Assembly: GCA_965228735.1 (NCBI GenBank)
Contig: OZ245838.1
Coordinates: 6,208,001 to 6,272,000, forward strand
Reading direction: 5' to 3'
Length of the DNA: 64,000 nt
Source of the DNA: Planctomycetota bacterium
Lineage (GTDB): Bacteria; Planctomycetota; UBA1135; UBA2386
The translations under genes were made by a program, and so were the position numbers. The notes under the pieces are model-generated. The model did not search any database. It was not told the DNA's origin and saw nothing but the letters and a program-made list of their open reading frames with translations. The first letter of the stretch is position 1. The number at the start of each line of letters is the position of its first letter. Positions 1-10,288 of the stretch are shown in pieces.

Positions 1-141
1 GAGCAGCTGCGCGACAAGCTCATCGAGACGCAGCGCGCGGACGGCACGTACTGCGACTTCCTCGGCATCAGCTACATGGTCAACTCGTCGAGCGCGTTCG
101 CGGCGCTCGCGATGCTGGCCGGGCTGCAGAACGAGGACTGA
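1..141 (+). CDS. 3' end of a gene running in from the left edge; possible prenyltransferase/squalene-oxidase-repeat protein
   Basis: Frame 1 reads EQLRDKLIETQRADGTYCDF...QNED* with GC-rich third positions; QxxDGxY resembles the QW-type repeat motif. Confidence 0.5.
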   Translation, partial: EQLRDKLIETQRADGTYCDFLGISYMVNSSSAFAALAMLAGLQNED

Positions 142-155
142 CGCGCCCGAGCGCG

Positions 156-1262
156 CTACGGTGCGACGGCGACGGCGGGGGTCGAGAGCGACACGCCCGC
201 GCTGCCGAGCAGCGCGGTCTGCAGCACCGCGGTCGTGCCGGGCGGCAGGCTCGGGTGCAGCAGCGTGCTCGTGTGCGTGCCGGTCGCCGGGAACGTGCCG
301 GCCGCGACGACTGCGGTGGCCGTGGGGTCGAGCCACGCCCAGCCGGCGTTCGTCGGCTGCAGCGGCGCCGGCAGGCCGATCAAGGTGAGGAACGGCGCCC
401 CGGCCGGGCCGGCCGCGACCATCGTCAGGGTCGTGCCGTCCGTGCGGGCGCGCTGGAACCCGAACTCGAACGGCACGACGGTCGCCGTGCCGCTGACGGC
501 CGGGGCGGCGCCGGTCGGCTGCAGGACGGCGCTCGGGTCGACGAGCACCGCGCCGCCGATCGTCGCGATCGCCGGGTTGTTCTGGCCGGTCGCGCGAACC
601 GTGCTGTCCGCGATCGCGAGCTCGCCGTGCGTCAGCGAGATCGCGTTGCTCGCGAGAACGCTGACGCCGCCCCGCAACGATGAGCCGACCACGGCCGCGC
701 GGCCGCCGCGAACCGTGAGCGACCAGAACGACTCGGGGTCGAACACGCAGCTCTCGATCGTCGTGTTGCAGTTCTCGAGCAGCGCCGTGCGGAAGATCGA
801 ACTCGAGACGTGGACCTGCGCCGAGTTGCGCGCCGTGAGCCGCCAGATGCGCAGCCCCGATTGGCCGAGGTCGTGCAGGTGCACGGCGCCGGCGCAGTCG
901 AGCACTTCGACCTGGCGGTCGAGGGCGAACGAGCCCGATTGCGGCGTGAACCCCGCGACCGTGACCGACTCGCCGAGCGGGACGTCGCGGATCCGCAGGG
1001 GCTGCAGCAACACACCCTGCTCGAGCCGGGCAGAGCGGCCGATGAGCGCGATGCCCTTGTCGATCGTCAGGTTCTCGGTCCAGGAGCCGCCGTTCACGAG
1101 CACCGTGTCCCCGGGGCTCGCGGCCGTGATCGCCGCCGCGATCGTCGGGAACGTGCCGCCCGCTCCGACGACCAGGGTCTGCTGCGCCGCCAGCGACGCG
1201 GTCGAGCCGGCGACCGCGACGAGGCCCAGGTGGAGGAGTGCGATTCGGAACGATCGGATCAT
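156..1262 (-). CDS. Secreted protein: pectin-lyase-like beta-helix start plus shared C-terminal domain
   Basis: Signal peptide ending SLAA|Q; FPTIAAAITAASPGDTVLV is typical of beta-helix N-termini; C-terminal LPPGTTAVLQTALL...SLSTP. Confidence 0.75.
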   Translation of the reverse strand: MIRSFRIALLHLGLVAVAGSTASLAAQQTLVVGAGGTFPTIAAAITAASPGDTVLVNGGSWTENLTIDKGIALIGRSARLEQGVLLQPLRIRDVPLGESVTVAGFTPQSGSFALDRQVEVLDCAGAVHLHDLGQSGLRIWRLTARNSAQVHVSSSIFRTALLENCNTTIESCVFDPESFWSLTVRGGRAAVVGSSLRGGVSVLASNAISLTHGELAIADSTVRATGQNNPAIATIGGAVLVDPSAVLQPTGAAPAVSGTATVVPFEFGFQRARTDGTTLTMVAAGPAGAPFLTLIGLPAPLQPTNAGWAWLDPTATAVVAAGTFPATGTHTSTLLHPSLPPGTTAVLQTALLGSAGVSLSTPAVAVAP

Positions 1263-1593
1263 GGCGACTCGTCTCGGTGCTCGAGTTGGCTGGCCGGGGC
1301 TCGGTGGACCGACTCGCAGCCGGGACCGGGCCGCGCGACGGGTTGGCCGCAGCGACCACTCTACGACAGACGTCGAATCGCGGTTGCCGTCACGCGCCGA
1401 GCCCGCATGAACCGGGCGGGCTGGCGCGACGGACGGGCGGCGGATCCGGCGGCGGCCGGCCGCGGCCGTTTCCGAGCCGCTGAATCGCTCGGAATTCGTT
1501 GCCGGGCCAGCGGTTCGTCTTATTGTCCCCCGGCTCCGCCCGGGCCCCGGACCCGGACCGAGGACCGTTCTGGAGACGTCCGTTCCGCTCGCT

Positions 1594-2496
1594 TTGCGTC
1601 AAACCGTCCACATCGATCAGCCGGAGTCCGGCCACGGCGAACGCCAATCGGGTGACCGCAGCCGGGCCGACCGGCCTGCCGTCGAGCTCGGGGGCGACTC
1701 GTTCGCCGTGATCGGCGGGCCGTGCGCCGTCGAGTCGCGCTCGCAGCTCATGACGGTGGCCACCGCGGTCGCCGGCGCGGGTGCGGCGCTGCTGCGGGGC
1801 GGCGCGTTCAAGCCGCGGACCTCGCCGGAGTCGTTCCAGGGCCTCGGGCGCGAAGGGCTCGAGCTGCTCGCGGAAGCGTCGCGAGCGACGGGTCTGCCGG
1901 TCGTGACCGAGGTGCTCGACCCGCGCGACGTCGAGCTCGTCGCTCGGCACGCGGCCATGCTGCAGGTCGGCAGCCGCAACATGCAGAACACGCCGCTGCT
2001 GCGCGAGGTCGGCAGGTCCGGGTTGCCCGTGCTGCTGAAGCGCGGTGCGGCCGCGACGCTCGAGGAGCTCGTGCTCGCCAGCGACTACATCCGCCGCGAG
2101 GGCAACGATCGCGTCGTGCTCTGCGAACGCGGTGTGCGCTCTTTCGACCCGGCAACGCGCTATCTGCTCGATCTCGCGGCGGTGCCCGCGCTGCGCGCGC
2201 TCACCGACCTGCCGATCATCGTCGACCCGAGCCACGGCACGGGGCGCGCCGAACTCGTCGCGCCGATGGCCAGGGCCGCGCTCGCCGCCGGTGCGGATGG
2301 CCTGATGATCGAGGTGCACGCCGATCCCGCGGCCGCGCTCAGCGACGGTCCGCAGGCGATGCGACCCGCCGAGTTCGCCGATCTGCTGGTCGAACTGCGG
2401 CGCCTCGCGCCACTACTACAGCGACGTTGGGTGCGGGCCCTGAGCAGGGACCGGGCGACGTCGCGCCCTCTCGACGACGAGGTCATCGCGCCGTGA
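1594..2496 (+). CDS. aroF: DAHP synthase (type I-beta), no regulatory domain
   Basis: [41 protein letters not shown] motifs; TTG start uncertain. Confidence 0.93.
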   Translation: MRQTVHIDQPESGHGERQSGDRSRADRPAVELGGDSFAVIGGPCAVESRSQLMTVATAVAGAGAALLRGGAFKPRTSPESFQGLGREGLELLAEASRATGLPVVTEVLDPRDVELVARHAAMLQVGSRNMQNTPLLREVGRSGLPVLLKRGAAATLEELVLASDYIRREGNDRVVLCERGVRSFDPATRYLLDLAAVPALRALTDLPIIVDPSHGTGRAELVAPMARAALAAGADGLMIEVHADPAAALSDGPQAMRPAEFADLLVELRRLAPLLQRRWVRALSRDRATSRPLDDEVIAP

Positions 2497-3257
2497 CGAA
2501 TCGTTCTCGCAAGCCGTACATCGCCGGCAACTGGAAGATGAACCTCGACCGCGCGCGGTCGCTCGACCTGATCAAGACGATCAAGGGGCGGCTCGGCGAC
2601 GGCGGTGATCGCGAGGTCGCGTTCTTCGCGCCCGCGATCTACCTCGCGGACGTCGCGGCCGTCGCGCAGGGTTCGCCGCTCGGGATCGGCGGGCAGAACA
2701 TGTGGTACGAACAGAACGGCGCCTACACCGGCGAGCTCGCACCGCGCATGCTGCGCGAGGTCGGCGCCGATCGCGTGCTGGTCGGCCACAGCGAGCGCCG
2801 CTACGTGTTCAAGGAGCCCAACGACTGGATGGGGCGCAAGGTGCGCGCCGCGCTCGACAGCGACCTGCTGCCGATCTACTGCGTCGGCGAGACGATCGAC
2901 GAGCGCAAGGCCAATCGCACGGACCGCGTGATCAAGAAGCAGCTCGACGCGGGCTTCGAGCAGGTCAAGGCCGTGGATGCCCACCGGCTCACGATCGCCT
3001 ACGAGCCGGTCTGGGCGATCGGCACGGGCGAGACCGCGACGGCCGAGCAGGTCGAGGCGGCGCACCGCACGATCCGCAAGTGGATGACCCAGCGGGTCGG
3101 CGAGGAGGCCGCCACGGTGCGGATCCTCTACGGCGGCAGCGTGAAGCCGACCAATGCCAAGGAGCTCATGGCCATCGACGAGGTCGACGGCCTGCTCGTC
3201 GGCGGGGCCAGCATGGCCGCCGATACGTTCCTCCCCATCATCGAATACGATCGCTGA
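2493..3257 (+). CDS. tpiA: Triosephosphate isomerase
   Basis: [33 protein letters not shown] start overlaps aroF stop (GTGA). Confidence 0.97.
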   Translation: MTNRSRKPYIAGNWKMNLDRARSLDLIKTIKGRLGDGGDREVAFFAPAIYLADVAAVAQGSPLGIGGQNMWYEQNGAYTGELAPRMLREVGADRVLVGHSERRYVFKEPNDWMGRKVRAALDSDLLPIYCVGETIDERKANRTDRVIKKQLDAGFEQVKAVDAHRLTIAYEPVWAIGTGETATAEQVEAAHRTIRKWMTQRVGEEAATVRILYGGSVKPTNAKELMAIDEVDGLLVGGASMAADTFLPIIEYDR

Positions 3258-3291
3258 GCGCGCTCGACCGCGCTATCATCCGACCCGACCC

Positions 3292-3528
3292 ATGGCCGTT
3301 TTTCTGTACTACGCTGGCTGGCTGGCCTTCTTCGCCTCTGCCGTTCTGCTCGTCATCATCGTCCTGCTGCAGGAGTCGAAGGGTGGCGGACTCGCCGAGG
3401 CGTTCGGCGGCACCGGGGCCGAGACCTTCGGCGTGAAGAGCGGCGGCATCAGCCGCTTCACGTTCCTGATCGCCGCGATCTTCTGCGGCTCCGCGATCCT
3501 GATCTCGTCGACCTGGAACGCCGCGTAA
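3292..3528 (+). CDS. secG: Preprotein translocase subunit SecG
   Basis: Two TM helices around VLLQESKGGGLAEAFGG; classic tpiA-secG order. Confidence 0.93.
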   Translation: MAVFLYYAGWLAFFASAVLLVIIVLLQESKGGGLAEAFGGTGAETFGVKSGGISRFTFLIAAIFCGSAILISSTWNAA

Positions 3529-3534
3529 CCGGCC

Positions 3535-4464
3535 ATGCCGGCGAGCATGACCGGCGTCGGTCTGGCCGCGGGCCCGACCGAGATCGGCGAGCTGCGCATC
3601 GAGGTGCGCACGGTCAACGGCCGCTCGCTCGCGATCAAACTGCGGCTCTCGCCGGTCTGTGCCGGCTTCGAGGCCGCCATCGAGCAGGCCGTGCGGGCCC
3701 GCCTGTCGCGCGGCACCGCGATCATCGTGGTCGAGCACGTCGCCGGCGCGACGGCCGGCCTCGACCGTGACGCGGTGCAGCGCGCGGCGAGGGAGCTGAC
3801 CGAAGCCGCGAAAGCCGCGGGCCTGCCGGGTCCGACCCTCGCCGACGTGCTCGCGTGGGCCGCGCCGACGGGCGGGCACAAAGAACCGTCGACCTCGCGT
3901 CCGCTGCCGCCGCAGGTCGAAGCCCTGTTGAAGACCGCGCTCGACGAACTGCAGCGTTGCCGCGCCGCCGAGGGCGACGGCACCGCGACGGCGATGCGCG
4001 CGGAGCTCGCCGAGTTCGAGAACGGACTGCACGCGGCCGAGCAGCGCTCGCCGCAGCTCGTGGCCCACTATCGCGATCGCCTGCTCGCGCGGGTGCAGGA
4101 GTTCGTGCAGCAGCACGTCGAGGGCGGCGTGCCGGCCGTCGATCTCGTGCGCGAGGTCGCGATCCACGCCGACCGCGTCGACGTCGCCGAGGAGTTCCAG
4201 CGCCTGCGCGCGCACCTCGCCGAGTTCCGCGCGATCTTGGACGGCGGCGATGGCGGCAGCGGCGCGGCGGGCGGCGGGAGCGGCGGTGCGGCAGCGAAGC
4301 CCGGCGCGCCAGTCGGTCGCCGCCTCGAGTTCCTGCTCCAGGAGCTGCTGCGCGAGACCAACACGCTGGGCTCCAAGTCGCCCGACACCGAGCTTTCCCA
4401 TACAGTCGTCGGCATGAAGTCGAGCATCGACCGGCTCAAGGAGCAGGTCGCCAACCTCGAGTAG
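3535..4464 (+). CDS. yicC: YicC/YloC family endoribonuclease
   Basis: SMTG, RTVNGR, DVAEEFQRL, GRRLEFLLQELLRETNTLGSKS, KEQVANLE; precedes gmk. Confidence 0.93.
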   Translation: MPASMTGVGLAAGPTEIGELRIEVRTVNGRSLAIKLRLSPVCAGFEAAIEQAVRARLSRGTAIIVVEHVAGATAGLDRDAVQRAARELTEAAKAAGLPGPTLADVLAWAAPTGGHKEPSTSRPLPPQVEALLKTALDELQRCRAAEGDGTATAMRAELAEFENGLHAAEQRSPQLVAHYRDRLLARVQEFVQQHVEGGVPAVDLVREVAIHADRVDVAEEFQRLRAHLAEFRAILDGGDGGSGAAGGGSGGAAAKPGAPVGRRLEFLLQELLRETNTLGSKSPDTELSHTVVGMKSSIDRLKEQVANLE

Positions 4465-4485
4465 GTCCGCATTTCTCCCCGTTCC

Positions 4486-5073
4486 ATGACGAATGGCCCA
4501 GGCAAGCTGGTCGTGATCTCGGGCCCGTCGGGGGCCGGCAAGACGTCCGTCTGTCGGGCGCTCAAGCAGCTGCCGGGGGTCGAGTTCTCGATCTCGGCGA
4601 CGACGCGCGCGCCGCGGCCCGGTGAGCAGAACGGCGTCGACTATCACTTCCTCGCGAAGGCGGACTTCGAGGCGCGGGTCGGCCGCGGTGAGTTCCTCGA
4701 ATGGGCCGACTACAACGGCCGGCTCTACGGCACGCTGCGCGCGCCGATGACGGATGCGCTCGCGCGCGGCAAGGTGTACCTGCTCGAGATCGAGGTCGCG
4801 GGCACCCGGCAGCTGCGCGAGGGTGCGGTCGACGGGCTCTACGTGTTCATCGCGCCGCCGAGCATCGATGAGCTGCGCCGCCGCCTCGTGGCGCGGGCGA
4901 CCAACGCCGAGACCGAGATCGAGCAGCGCGTCGCGATCGCCGTGGCCGAGATCGAGGCCGCGCGCGGATCGGTGAACGATCGCCCGCTCTACGACCACAC
5001 GATCGTCAACGACGACCTCGAGGCGACGATCCGGCGCGTCACCGAACTGATCACGCCGGCCGAGGCGAGGTAG
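4486..5073 (+). CDS. gmk: Guanylate kinase
   Basis: SGPSGAGKTS P-loop, SATTRAPRPGEQNGVDYHF. Confidence 0.97.
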   Translation: MTNGPGKLVVISGPSGAGKTSVCRALKQLPGVEFSISATTRAPRPGEQNGVDYHFLAKADFEARVGRGEFLEWADYNGRLYGTLRAPMTDALARGKVYLLEIEVAGTRQLREGAVDGLYVFIAPPSIDELRRRLVARATNAETEIEQRVAIAVAEIEAARGSVNDRPLYDHTIVNDDLEATIRRVTELITPAEAR

Positions 5074-5091
5074 ATGGAGGCGGGGTAGATG
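5062..5091 (+). repeat. 15-bp tandem duplication GAGGCGRGGTAGATG x2 at the gmk/coaC junction, creating mini-ORF MEAG*
   Basis: gaggcgaggtagatg gaggcggggtagatg read directly. Confidence 0.85.
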
Positions 5092-5628
5092 AACGTCCTG
5101 CTCGGCGTCGGCGGCGGCATCGCCGCGTACAAGATGGCCTGGGTCGCGAGTCGGCTCGTGCAGCGCGGCGACGAGGTGCGCGTCGCGATGAGCGCGGCGG
5201 CGACGCAGTTCATCGGGCCCGTCACGTTCGCCGGCCTGACCGGCCGGCCGCCGATCCTGTCGTCGACGCAGACCGATCCCGACGGCTCGGTGCCGCACAT
5301 CGACGCCGCGGCGTGGGCCGACGTCTATCTCATCGCCCCGGCGACGGCCGATCTGCTCGCGACGCTCGCGATGGGTGGTGCCGGCGACCCCGTGGCGCTG
5401 CTCGCGATGACGTGCCGCTGTCCGCTCGTGCTCTGCCCCGCGATGAACGACGCGATGTGGCAGGCGCCCGCGGTGCAGCAAAACGTCGAGCGGCTGCGGG
5501 CGCGGTCGGTGGAGTTCCTCGGCCCCGTCGTCGGCCATCTCGCCGAGGGCTACGATGCGATCGGTCGCATGGTCGAGCCCGAGGAGATCCTCGCGAAGCT
5601 CAGCGCGCTCGGCGCGAACGGTTCGTGA
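5089..5628 (+). CDS. coaC: Phosphopantothenoylcysteine decarboxylase (flavoprotein half of CoaBC only)
   Basis: LGVGGGIAAYK, PHID, APATAD, PAMNDAMW, GRMVEP; stops before any CoaB domain. Confidence 0.88.
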   Translation: MNVLLGVGGGIAAYKMAWVASRLVQRGDEVRVAMSAAATQFIGPVTFAGLTGRPPILSSTQTDPDGSVPHIDAAAWADVYLIAPATADLLATLAMGGAGDPVALLAMTCRCPLVLCPAMNDAMWQAPAVQQNVERLRARSVEFLGPVVGHLAEGYDAIGRMVEPEEILAKLSALGANGS

Positions 5629-6491
5629 CCGGGCCGGCGGTTTCGGCCTGGCGGCTGGCGGGTTCGCCCACAGCACTCCGCACAGCACTCGATCGACTGC
5701 ACGTCCACGCCGACGTGCGCGGCGTCGACGAAGGGGTCTCGCCGGCGTCATCGAGCGCCGTGGTCGAGGAATCGCCCAACGAAGTCACGGTCTACGTCGC
5801 GGGGCCGCTCCCGCCGCTGCCAGCAGATCTCGGCGTCACGGTCACCGCGGCCGCGATGCCGGATCCGGATGTCGTCGTCACCGGCCTCGAGAACGATCGC
5901 GCGATCGTGCTCGCGCCCGACCTCGTCGTGCGACCGCCGTGGGTCGAATCGCCGTTCTCGCCCGCTGAGTTCCGCGGCGTCGAGCTCGTCGTGCCGCGCC
6001 GCAACGCGTTCGGCAGCGGCGAGCACGACAGTACCCAGGCAGCACTCCTGCTGCTGCACGAGCTGTGGTGCGGTTCGAGCACCTGCGCGGACGTCGGCAC
6101 GGGCTCCGGCATCCTGCTCGCCTACGCCGCAGCGCGCGGTTGTCCGGCGCTCGCCGGCTGCGACATCGACCCGGTCGCGATGGGGGCCGCCCGCGAGCTG
6201 CTGCCGAACGCGACGCTCACGGTCGGCGGCCCCGAGGTCCTGGCGCCGGCGGCGTGCGTGATCGCCAACCTCAACGGGCAGGAGCTCCGCACAGCGTTGC
6301 CCGCGATCCTCGCGCTCTGGAACGGCGACGGCCCGCTCGTGCTCAGCGGCATGCGCGGCCCGGCCGAGGTCGAGCCGATCCGTTCGCGGGTCGGGCGGCC
6401 GCCGGATCGCGAGCTCGAACGCGGCGCGTTCACCGCGCTCGGCTATCGGCCGGTCGCAGGCGGCGACGGCGGCGGCGGCGAAACGAGGTAG
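5625..6491 (+). CDS. prmA: Ribosomal protein L11 methyltransferase-like
   Basis: VVRPPW, AFGSGEHDST, DVGTGSGIL, DID, IANL, LSGM; GTG start overlaps coaC stop. Confidence 0.8.
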   Translation: MTGPAVSAWRLAGSPTALRTALDRLHVHADVRGVDEGVSPASSSAVVEESPNEVTVYVAGPLPPLPADLGVTVTAAAMPDPDVVVTGLENDRAIVLAPDLVVRPPWVESPFSPAEFRGVELVVPRRNAFGSGEHDSTQAALLLLHELWCGSSTCADVGTGSGILLAYAAARGCPALAGCDIDPVAMGAARELLPNATLTVGGPEVLAPAACVIANLNGQELRTALPAILALWNGDGPLVLSGMRGPAEVEPIRSRVGRPPDRELERGAFTALGYRPVAGGDGGGGETR

Positions 6492-7234
6492 ACGTCGAAG
6501 CGCACGCGCTCGCCGGTCACCGAATGGGCCGGGTCGGGCGCGAGCGGCGGCAGGTCGGGGTGGCGTTTGACGACGACCCGATCGGTCGCCGCCTTGCTGG
6601 CCACGTCGAACAACCCGTGTTCGTCCTCGGCTGGCCCGGCGAGCAGGCGGCAGATCTGCATGTCCTTCTTCACCTGTGCCCGCTTGTCGGCCTCCTCCCC
6701 CCAGAACATCGGGTCGAGGTAGACCACGTCGGGTCGTTCTTCGACGGGTCCCACGGCCAATGCGGTGAGCCGTTCTCGGGCGTCCCCGAGGCACACCCGG
6801 AGCCGCCCGTCGAGCCCGGCCTCGCCGACTCGGAGCGCTGCGAGCAGGGCGAGCGCGGGCACGCGCTCGATCGCGGTGACCTGGGCCCCGAGCACCGCGA
6901 GGGTCATCGCGTCGCGGGCCAGGCCGGCGGTCGCGTCGACGATCCGCGCGGTTTTTTTCCGCCCACCGAGCCCCGCCGCGCGGCCGAGCGGATCGCTCGG
7001 TCGGACGCTCCGCAGGCGCCGGACCAGCGTCCCGGCCGGATCGCGAACCTCCGCTCTCATCGGACCTTGCGTCAGCGGTGTAACGAGGGCGAGCGCGGAC
7101 CCGCGGCCGACGAACTGCCACGAATCGGGGTCCCGCGGAGCCGAACGGATCCCGAACTGGCTGGCCAGATCGGATTCCGCTCCACCGGCTCCCTCTGCCA
7201 GCGTAACTTCGATGCTCTCGGAGGTAGGTGTCAT
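6443..7234 (-). CDS. rsmJ: RsmJ-like 16S rRNA m2G1516 methyltransferase
   Basis: IVDATAGLARDA, IER, DVVYLDPMF, KKDMQ, RVVVKR, RFDVY; start taken at MTPTSE. Confidence 0.8.
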   Translation of the reverse strand: MTPTSESIEVTLAEGAGGAESDLASQFGIRSAPRDPDSWQFVGRGSALALVTPLTQGPMRAEVRDPAGTLVRRLRSVRPSDPLGRAAGLGGRKKTARIVDATAGLARDAMTLAVLGAQVTAIERVPALALLAALRVGEAGLDGRLRVCLGDARERLTALAVGPVEERPDVVYLDPMFWGEEADKRAQVKKDMQICRLLAGPAEDEHGLFDVASKAATDRVVVKRHPDLPPLAPDPAHSVTGERVRFDVYLVSPPPPSPPATGR

Positions 7235-7535
7235 TGGATGTTCGGTGGGCCGAGTCCATGGCCTATCGGACTGGCACTGGAGGGCGGGGATCGACGGTCG
7301 TAGATCGTCGATCCGAGCCCCTCGAGCGCCACTCTCTGCTCGCCGAACTCGCCAAAAACCGTTTCCGGTCGTCCAAATCACAAGGCCGGTCGCAAGGCCG
7401 ATTCTGACATCGAATCAGCCCGATCCCGACCTCTTTCTCTGGAACGTGCTAGCCTTTCGCAGATCGCGACGGGCATCCGGACACGGTCTGACTCCCATTC
7501 CCCCGATCCGTACCTCTCGACTCGAATTGCCTCCC

Positions 7536-8090
7536 ATGCGGCGCCTGCATCTCAAGCTGTTCTACCTCCGTACCCGCATCAAGCGTGAAGCCCAGGGCGT
7601 CACGGCCAAGACCCTCGGCGTGCGTCCTGCCACGATGTCGCACCTCGAGCAGGGCCGTTCGCTGCCCACGCTCACGATGCTGCTCGCGCTCTGCAAGCAC
7701 TACGACGTCACGCCGACCTACCTGCTCGACGACGATCGTCCGATCGAGCCCCAGGCCCGCGATCGTTGGAGCGAACGGGATGCCGTGATCGCCCGCGGCA
7801 GCTGGCTCGAGGTCGCGGACGGCGCGACGGTCACGACCAACGACGGGGTCCGCCTCGTCGCGGTCCAGCCCGGCGCCCGCCACTACGATGCGAACACCCA
7901 GGCCGAGCGCATGACCTGCACGTCGACGGCCGCCGCCGGCGAACTCGAGGCCAAGCTCGCAAAGACCGCCGAGGACGGCGACAAGGAGCTCGAGGAGACG
8001 TTGACGCGCGAGCTGATGTCGCAGCGCAAGCCCCGCAACAAGCCCGTCGCCAAGAGCAACCTGAAGCCGGCGATGGCGCAGGCCGAGTAG
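7536..8090 (+). CDS. XRE-family HTH regulator with uncharacterised C-terminal domain
   Basis: AKTLGVRPATMSHLEQGRSLPTLTMLLALCKHYDVTPTYLL fits the HTH_3 pattern. Confidence 0.85.
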   Translation: MRRLHLKLFYLRTRIKREAQGVTAKTLGVRPATMSHLEQGRSLPTLTMLLALCKHYDVTPTYLLDDDRPIEPQARDRWSERDAVIARGSWLEVADGATVTTNDGVRLVAVQPGARHYDANTQAERMTCTSTAAAGELEAKLAKTAEDGDKELEETLTRELMSQRKPRNKPVAKSNLKPAMAQAE

Positions 8091-8132
8091 TCCGCCCGCC
8101 GCCGGCCGGCCCGCCCGCGGGCCGCCGGCCGT

Positions 8133-9290
8133 TCAGTCCGCTGCGCGCACGCGCTCGAGCACGTCACTGACGCGCGCCGCGAACCGCGGGAGCGAATAGC
8201 ACTCCCGCGCCTGTTCTCGCCCCGCGAGGCCGAGGGCGCTGCGCTCCGCCGCATCCTGCAGCAGGCCCCGGATGCCGTCGCGCAGCGCGTTCACGTTCCC
8301 GGGCGGAACGAGCAGCCCGGTGATCCCGTCGCGGATCATCTCCGGCGTGCCGCCGATCCGGCTCGCCACGACCGCGCGCCCGGCCGCCTGGGCCTCGGCG
8401 ATGCTGCGCGGGGCCGACTCCGCGGCCGTGCTCGGCACGACGACGACGTCGACGCCGGCGAGCACCGCAGGCACGTCGTCGCGGTGGCCGAGGAAGTGGG
8501 TGCGGTCCGCGATGCCGAGCGTGTTCGCGAGTTGTTGGAGCGTGTCGGTATGTCCGCGGATGCGCGCCTGCGAGTCGGCGAACGCCTCGGTCCCGACGAT
8601 GAGCACGTGCGGCCGCGGCTCGATCGCCGCGCACGCGCGCAGCAGCACGTCGTGGCCCTTGTGGGGGTCGATGCGGCCGACGATCGCGACGAGCGGGGTG
8701 GGGTTGCCGTCGCCCCCGGTTTCGAGTGCCGCGAGGCCGAGCTCCCGCCGCAGTCGCGTCGCGTGCTCGGGCTCCGTGCCAGCAGTGAAGAACGCGTCCG
8801 GCACGCCGTTCTCGATCACGTCCGCATCGTCGCGCCGCAGCGCCGCGGCGGCTTCGCGGGACGGCGTGATCACGGCGCGGGCCCGCCGCTGCGCGCGCCG
8901 CACGATCGCGGAGTCCGAAACGATGTGAACGTGCCACACCGCGCGCAGCCGGTGCGGTCGTTCGCGCTGCGCGAGCACGCCCGCGTAGCCCGCGATCATC
9001 GAGTTGGCGTAGCAGACGTCGCTGCCGGTGCGCTCGGCGACGCGGCGGATCGCGCGCGCGGCGGGCAGCAGGCTCAGGAGCTTCCGCACCGGGCCGCCGC
9101 CGCCGATCGGGATCGTCTCGATCGGGACCTCGAGTTCCCGTGCCCGTTCCGTCAGCGGCCCGTCGCCCGGCACGAGCAGATGCGGCGCGAAGCGCTCGCG
9201 GTCCAGCGTCGCGAGCAGGTCCGCGAGCACCCGCTCGGCGCCACCCCAGTCGACGACGTGGCTGCAGAACAGGATCGGAGAAGGGGCCAC
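8133..9290 (-). CDS. Glycosyltransferase family 4
   Basis: GGAERV, VGRIDPHKGH, ESAPRSIAEAQAAG, ASRIGGTPE. Confidence 0.93.
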   Translation of the reverse strand: MAPSPILFCSHVVDWGGAERVLADLLATLDRERFAPHLLVPGDGPLTERARELEVPIETIPIGGGGPVRKLLSLLPAARAIRRVAERTGSDVCYANSMIAGYAGVLAQRERPHRLRAVWHVHIVSDSAIVRRAQRRARAVITPSREAAAALRRDDADVIENGVPDAFFTAGTEPEHATRLRRELGLAALETGGDGNPTPLVAIVGRIDPHKGHDVLLRACAAIEPRPHVLIVGTEAFADSQARIRGHTDTLQQLANTLGIADRTHFLGHRDDVPAVLAGVDVVVVPSTAAESAPRSIAEAQAAGRAVVASRIGGTPEMIRDGITGLLVPPGNVNALRDGIRGLLQDAAERSALGLAGREQARECYSLPRFAARVSDVLERVRAAD

Positions 9291-9379
9291 GACGACGCGA
9301 GGCTACGCCGGGCGCCGGTGCCGATAAAGCGTGACCGCCTGCTAAGGCCGGGGCTCGAACTGGCCGATGACAGGGGAAG

Positions 9380-10246
9380 ATGCCACCCGCTCCGGCGCAG
9401 CCCGAGGTCGCGATCGTGATCCCGTGCTACCGGTATGCCCACGTGCTGCCGGACGCGGTGCGGAGCGCTGTCCAGCAGACCTGGGAGAACGTCCGCATCG
9501 TCATCGTCGACGACGGCAGCCCGGACGAGACCCGGGCGGTCGCCGAGCAACTGATCGCGGAGCACCCGGACGCGCGCATCGATTACGTGCATCAGCCCAA
9601 CCAGGGCCTCGCGGCCGCGCGCAACACCGGCATCCGCGCGACGAGCAGCGAGTTCGTGCTGCCGCTCGACGCTGACGACCGGCTCGTTCCCGAAGCCGTC
9701 GAACGCCTCGTCACCGCCTTGCGCGCCGAGAACGCGGACGTCGCGACGCCGCTGGGTCGCACGTTCGGCGACGAGGATCGCGCGCTCGTCACGCTGCCCG
9801 TCACGCGCCGGCGGCTGCTCGCGGGCAACTGTCTCGTCTACTCGAGCATGTTCCGCCGCAGCCTCTACGACCGGGTCGGCGGCTACGGCAACAACATGCA
9901 CGCGGGCTACGAGGACTGGGACTTCTGGCTCGGCGCGCTCGAGCGCGGCGCGCGCTTCACCCACGTCGCCGAAGAGCTGTTCTGCTACCGGCGGCATGGC
10001 GCGACGATGCTCAGCAGCGCGGATCGCGCCGCGCTGCAGCTGCGCGCGACGATCGTGAGCAACCACCCGGCGCTCTATCCCGCGTGGCGCGTGTGGCTCG
10101 CGCGCCGCTGGCTGACGCAGGCCGAACGACCGACGTGGCCCGTGCGGCTCGGCATGCTCGTGACGCTGCTCGTGGACCGCCGGCTGGGGCAGTTCTGGCG
10201 CCAGGTGGCGTTGCTGCGGGAGCCGGCGGCGTTGTCGGGGAGTTGA
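9380..10246 (+). CDS. Glycosyltransferase family 2
   Basis: IVIPCY, VDDGSPD, NQGLAAARNTG, LDADD, YEDWDFW. Confidence 0.93.
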   Translation: MPPAPAQPEVAIVIPCYRYAHVLPDAVRSAVQQTWENVRIVIVDDGSPDETRAVAEQLIAEHPDARIDYVHQPNQGLAAARNTGIRATSSEFVLPLDADDRLVPEAVERLVTALRAENADVATPLGRTFGDEDRALVTLPVTRRRLLAGNCLVYSSMFRRSLYDRVGGYGNNMHAGYEDWDFWLGALERGARFTHVAEELFCYRRHGATMLSSADRAALQLRATIVSNHPALYPAWRVWLARRWLTQAERPTWPVRLGMLVTLLVDRRLGQFWRQVALLREPAALSGS

Positions 10247-10288
10247 GGGGGCGTGGTGCCCGTTCTCGGACGCGGCTCGCTTCAGCCC

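Noticed and set aside
6443..6491. 49-bp convergent overlap of prmA and rsmJ as a regulatory device
   Set aside because: Both overlapping tails are low-complexity; stop-codon drift in GC-rich DNA is a sufficient explanation.
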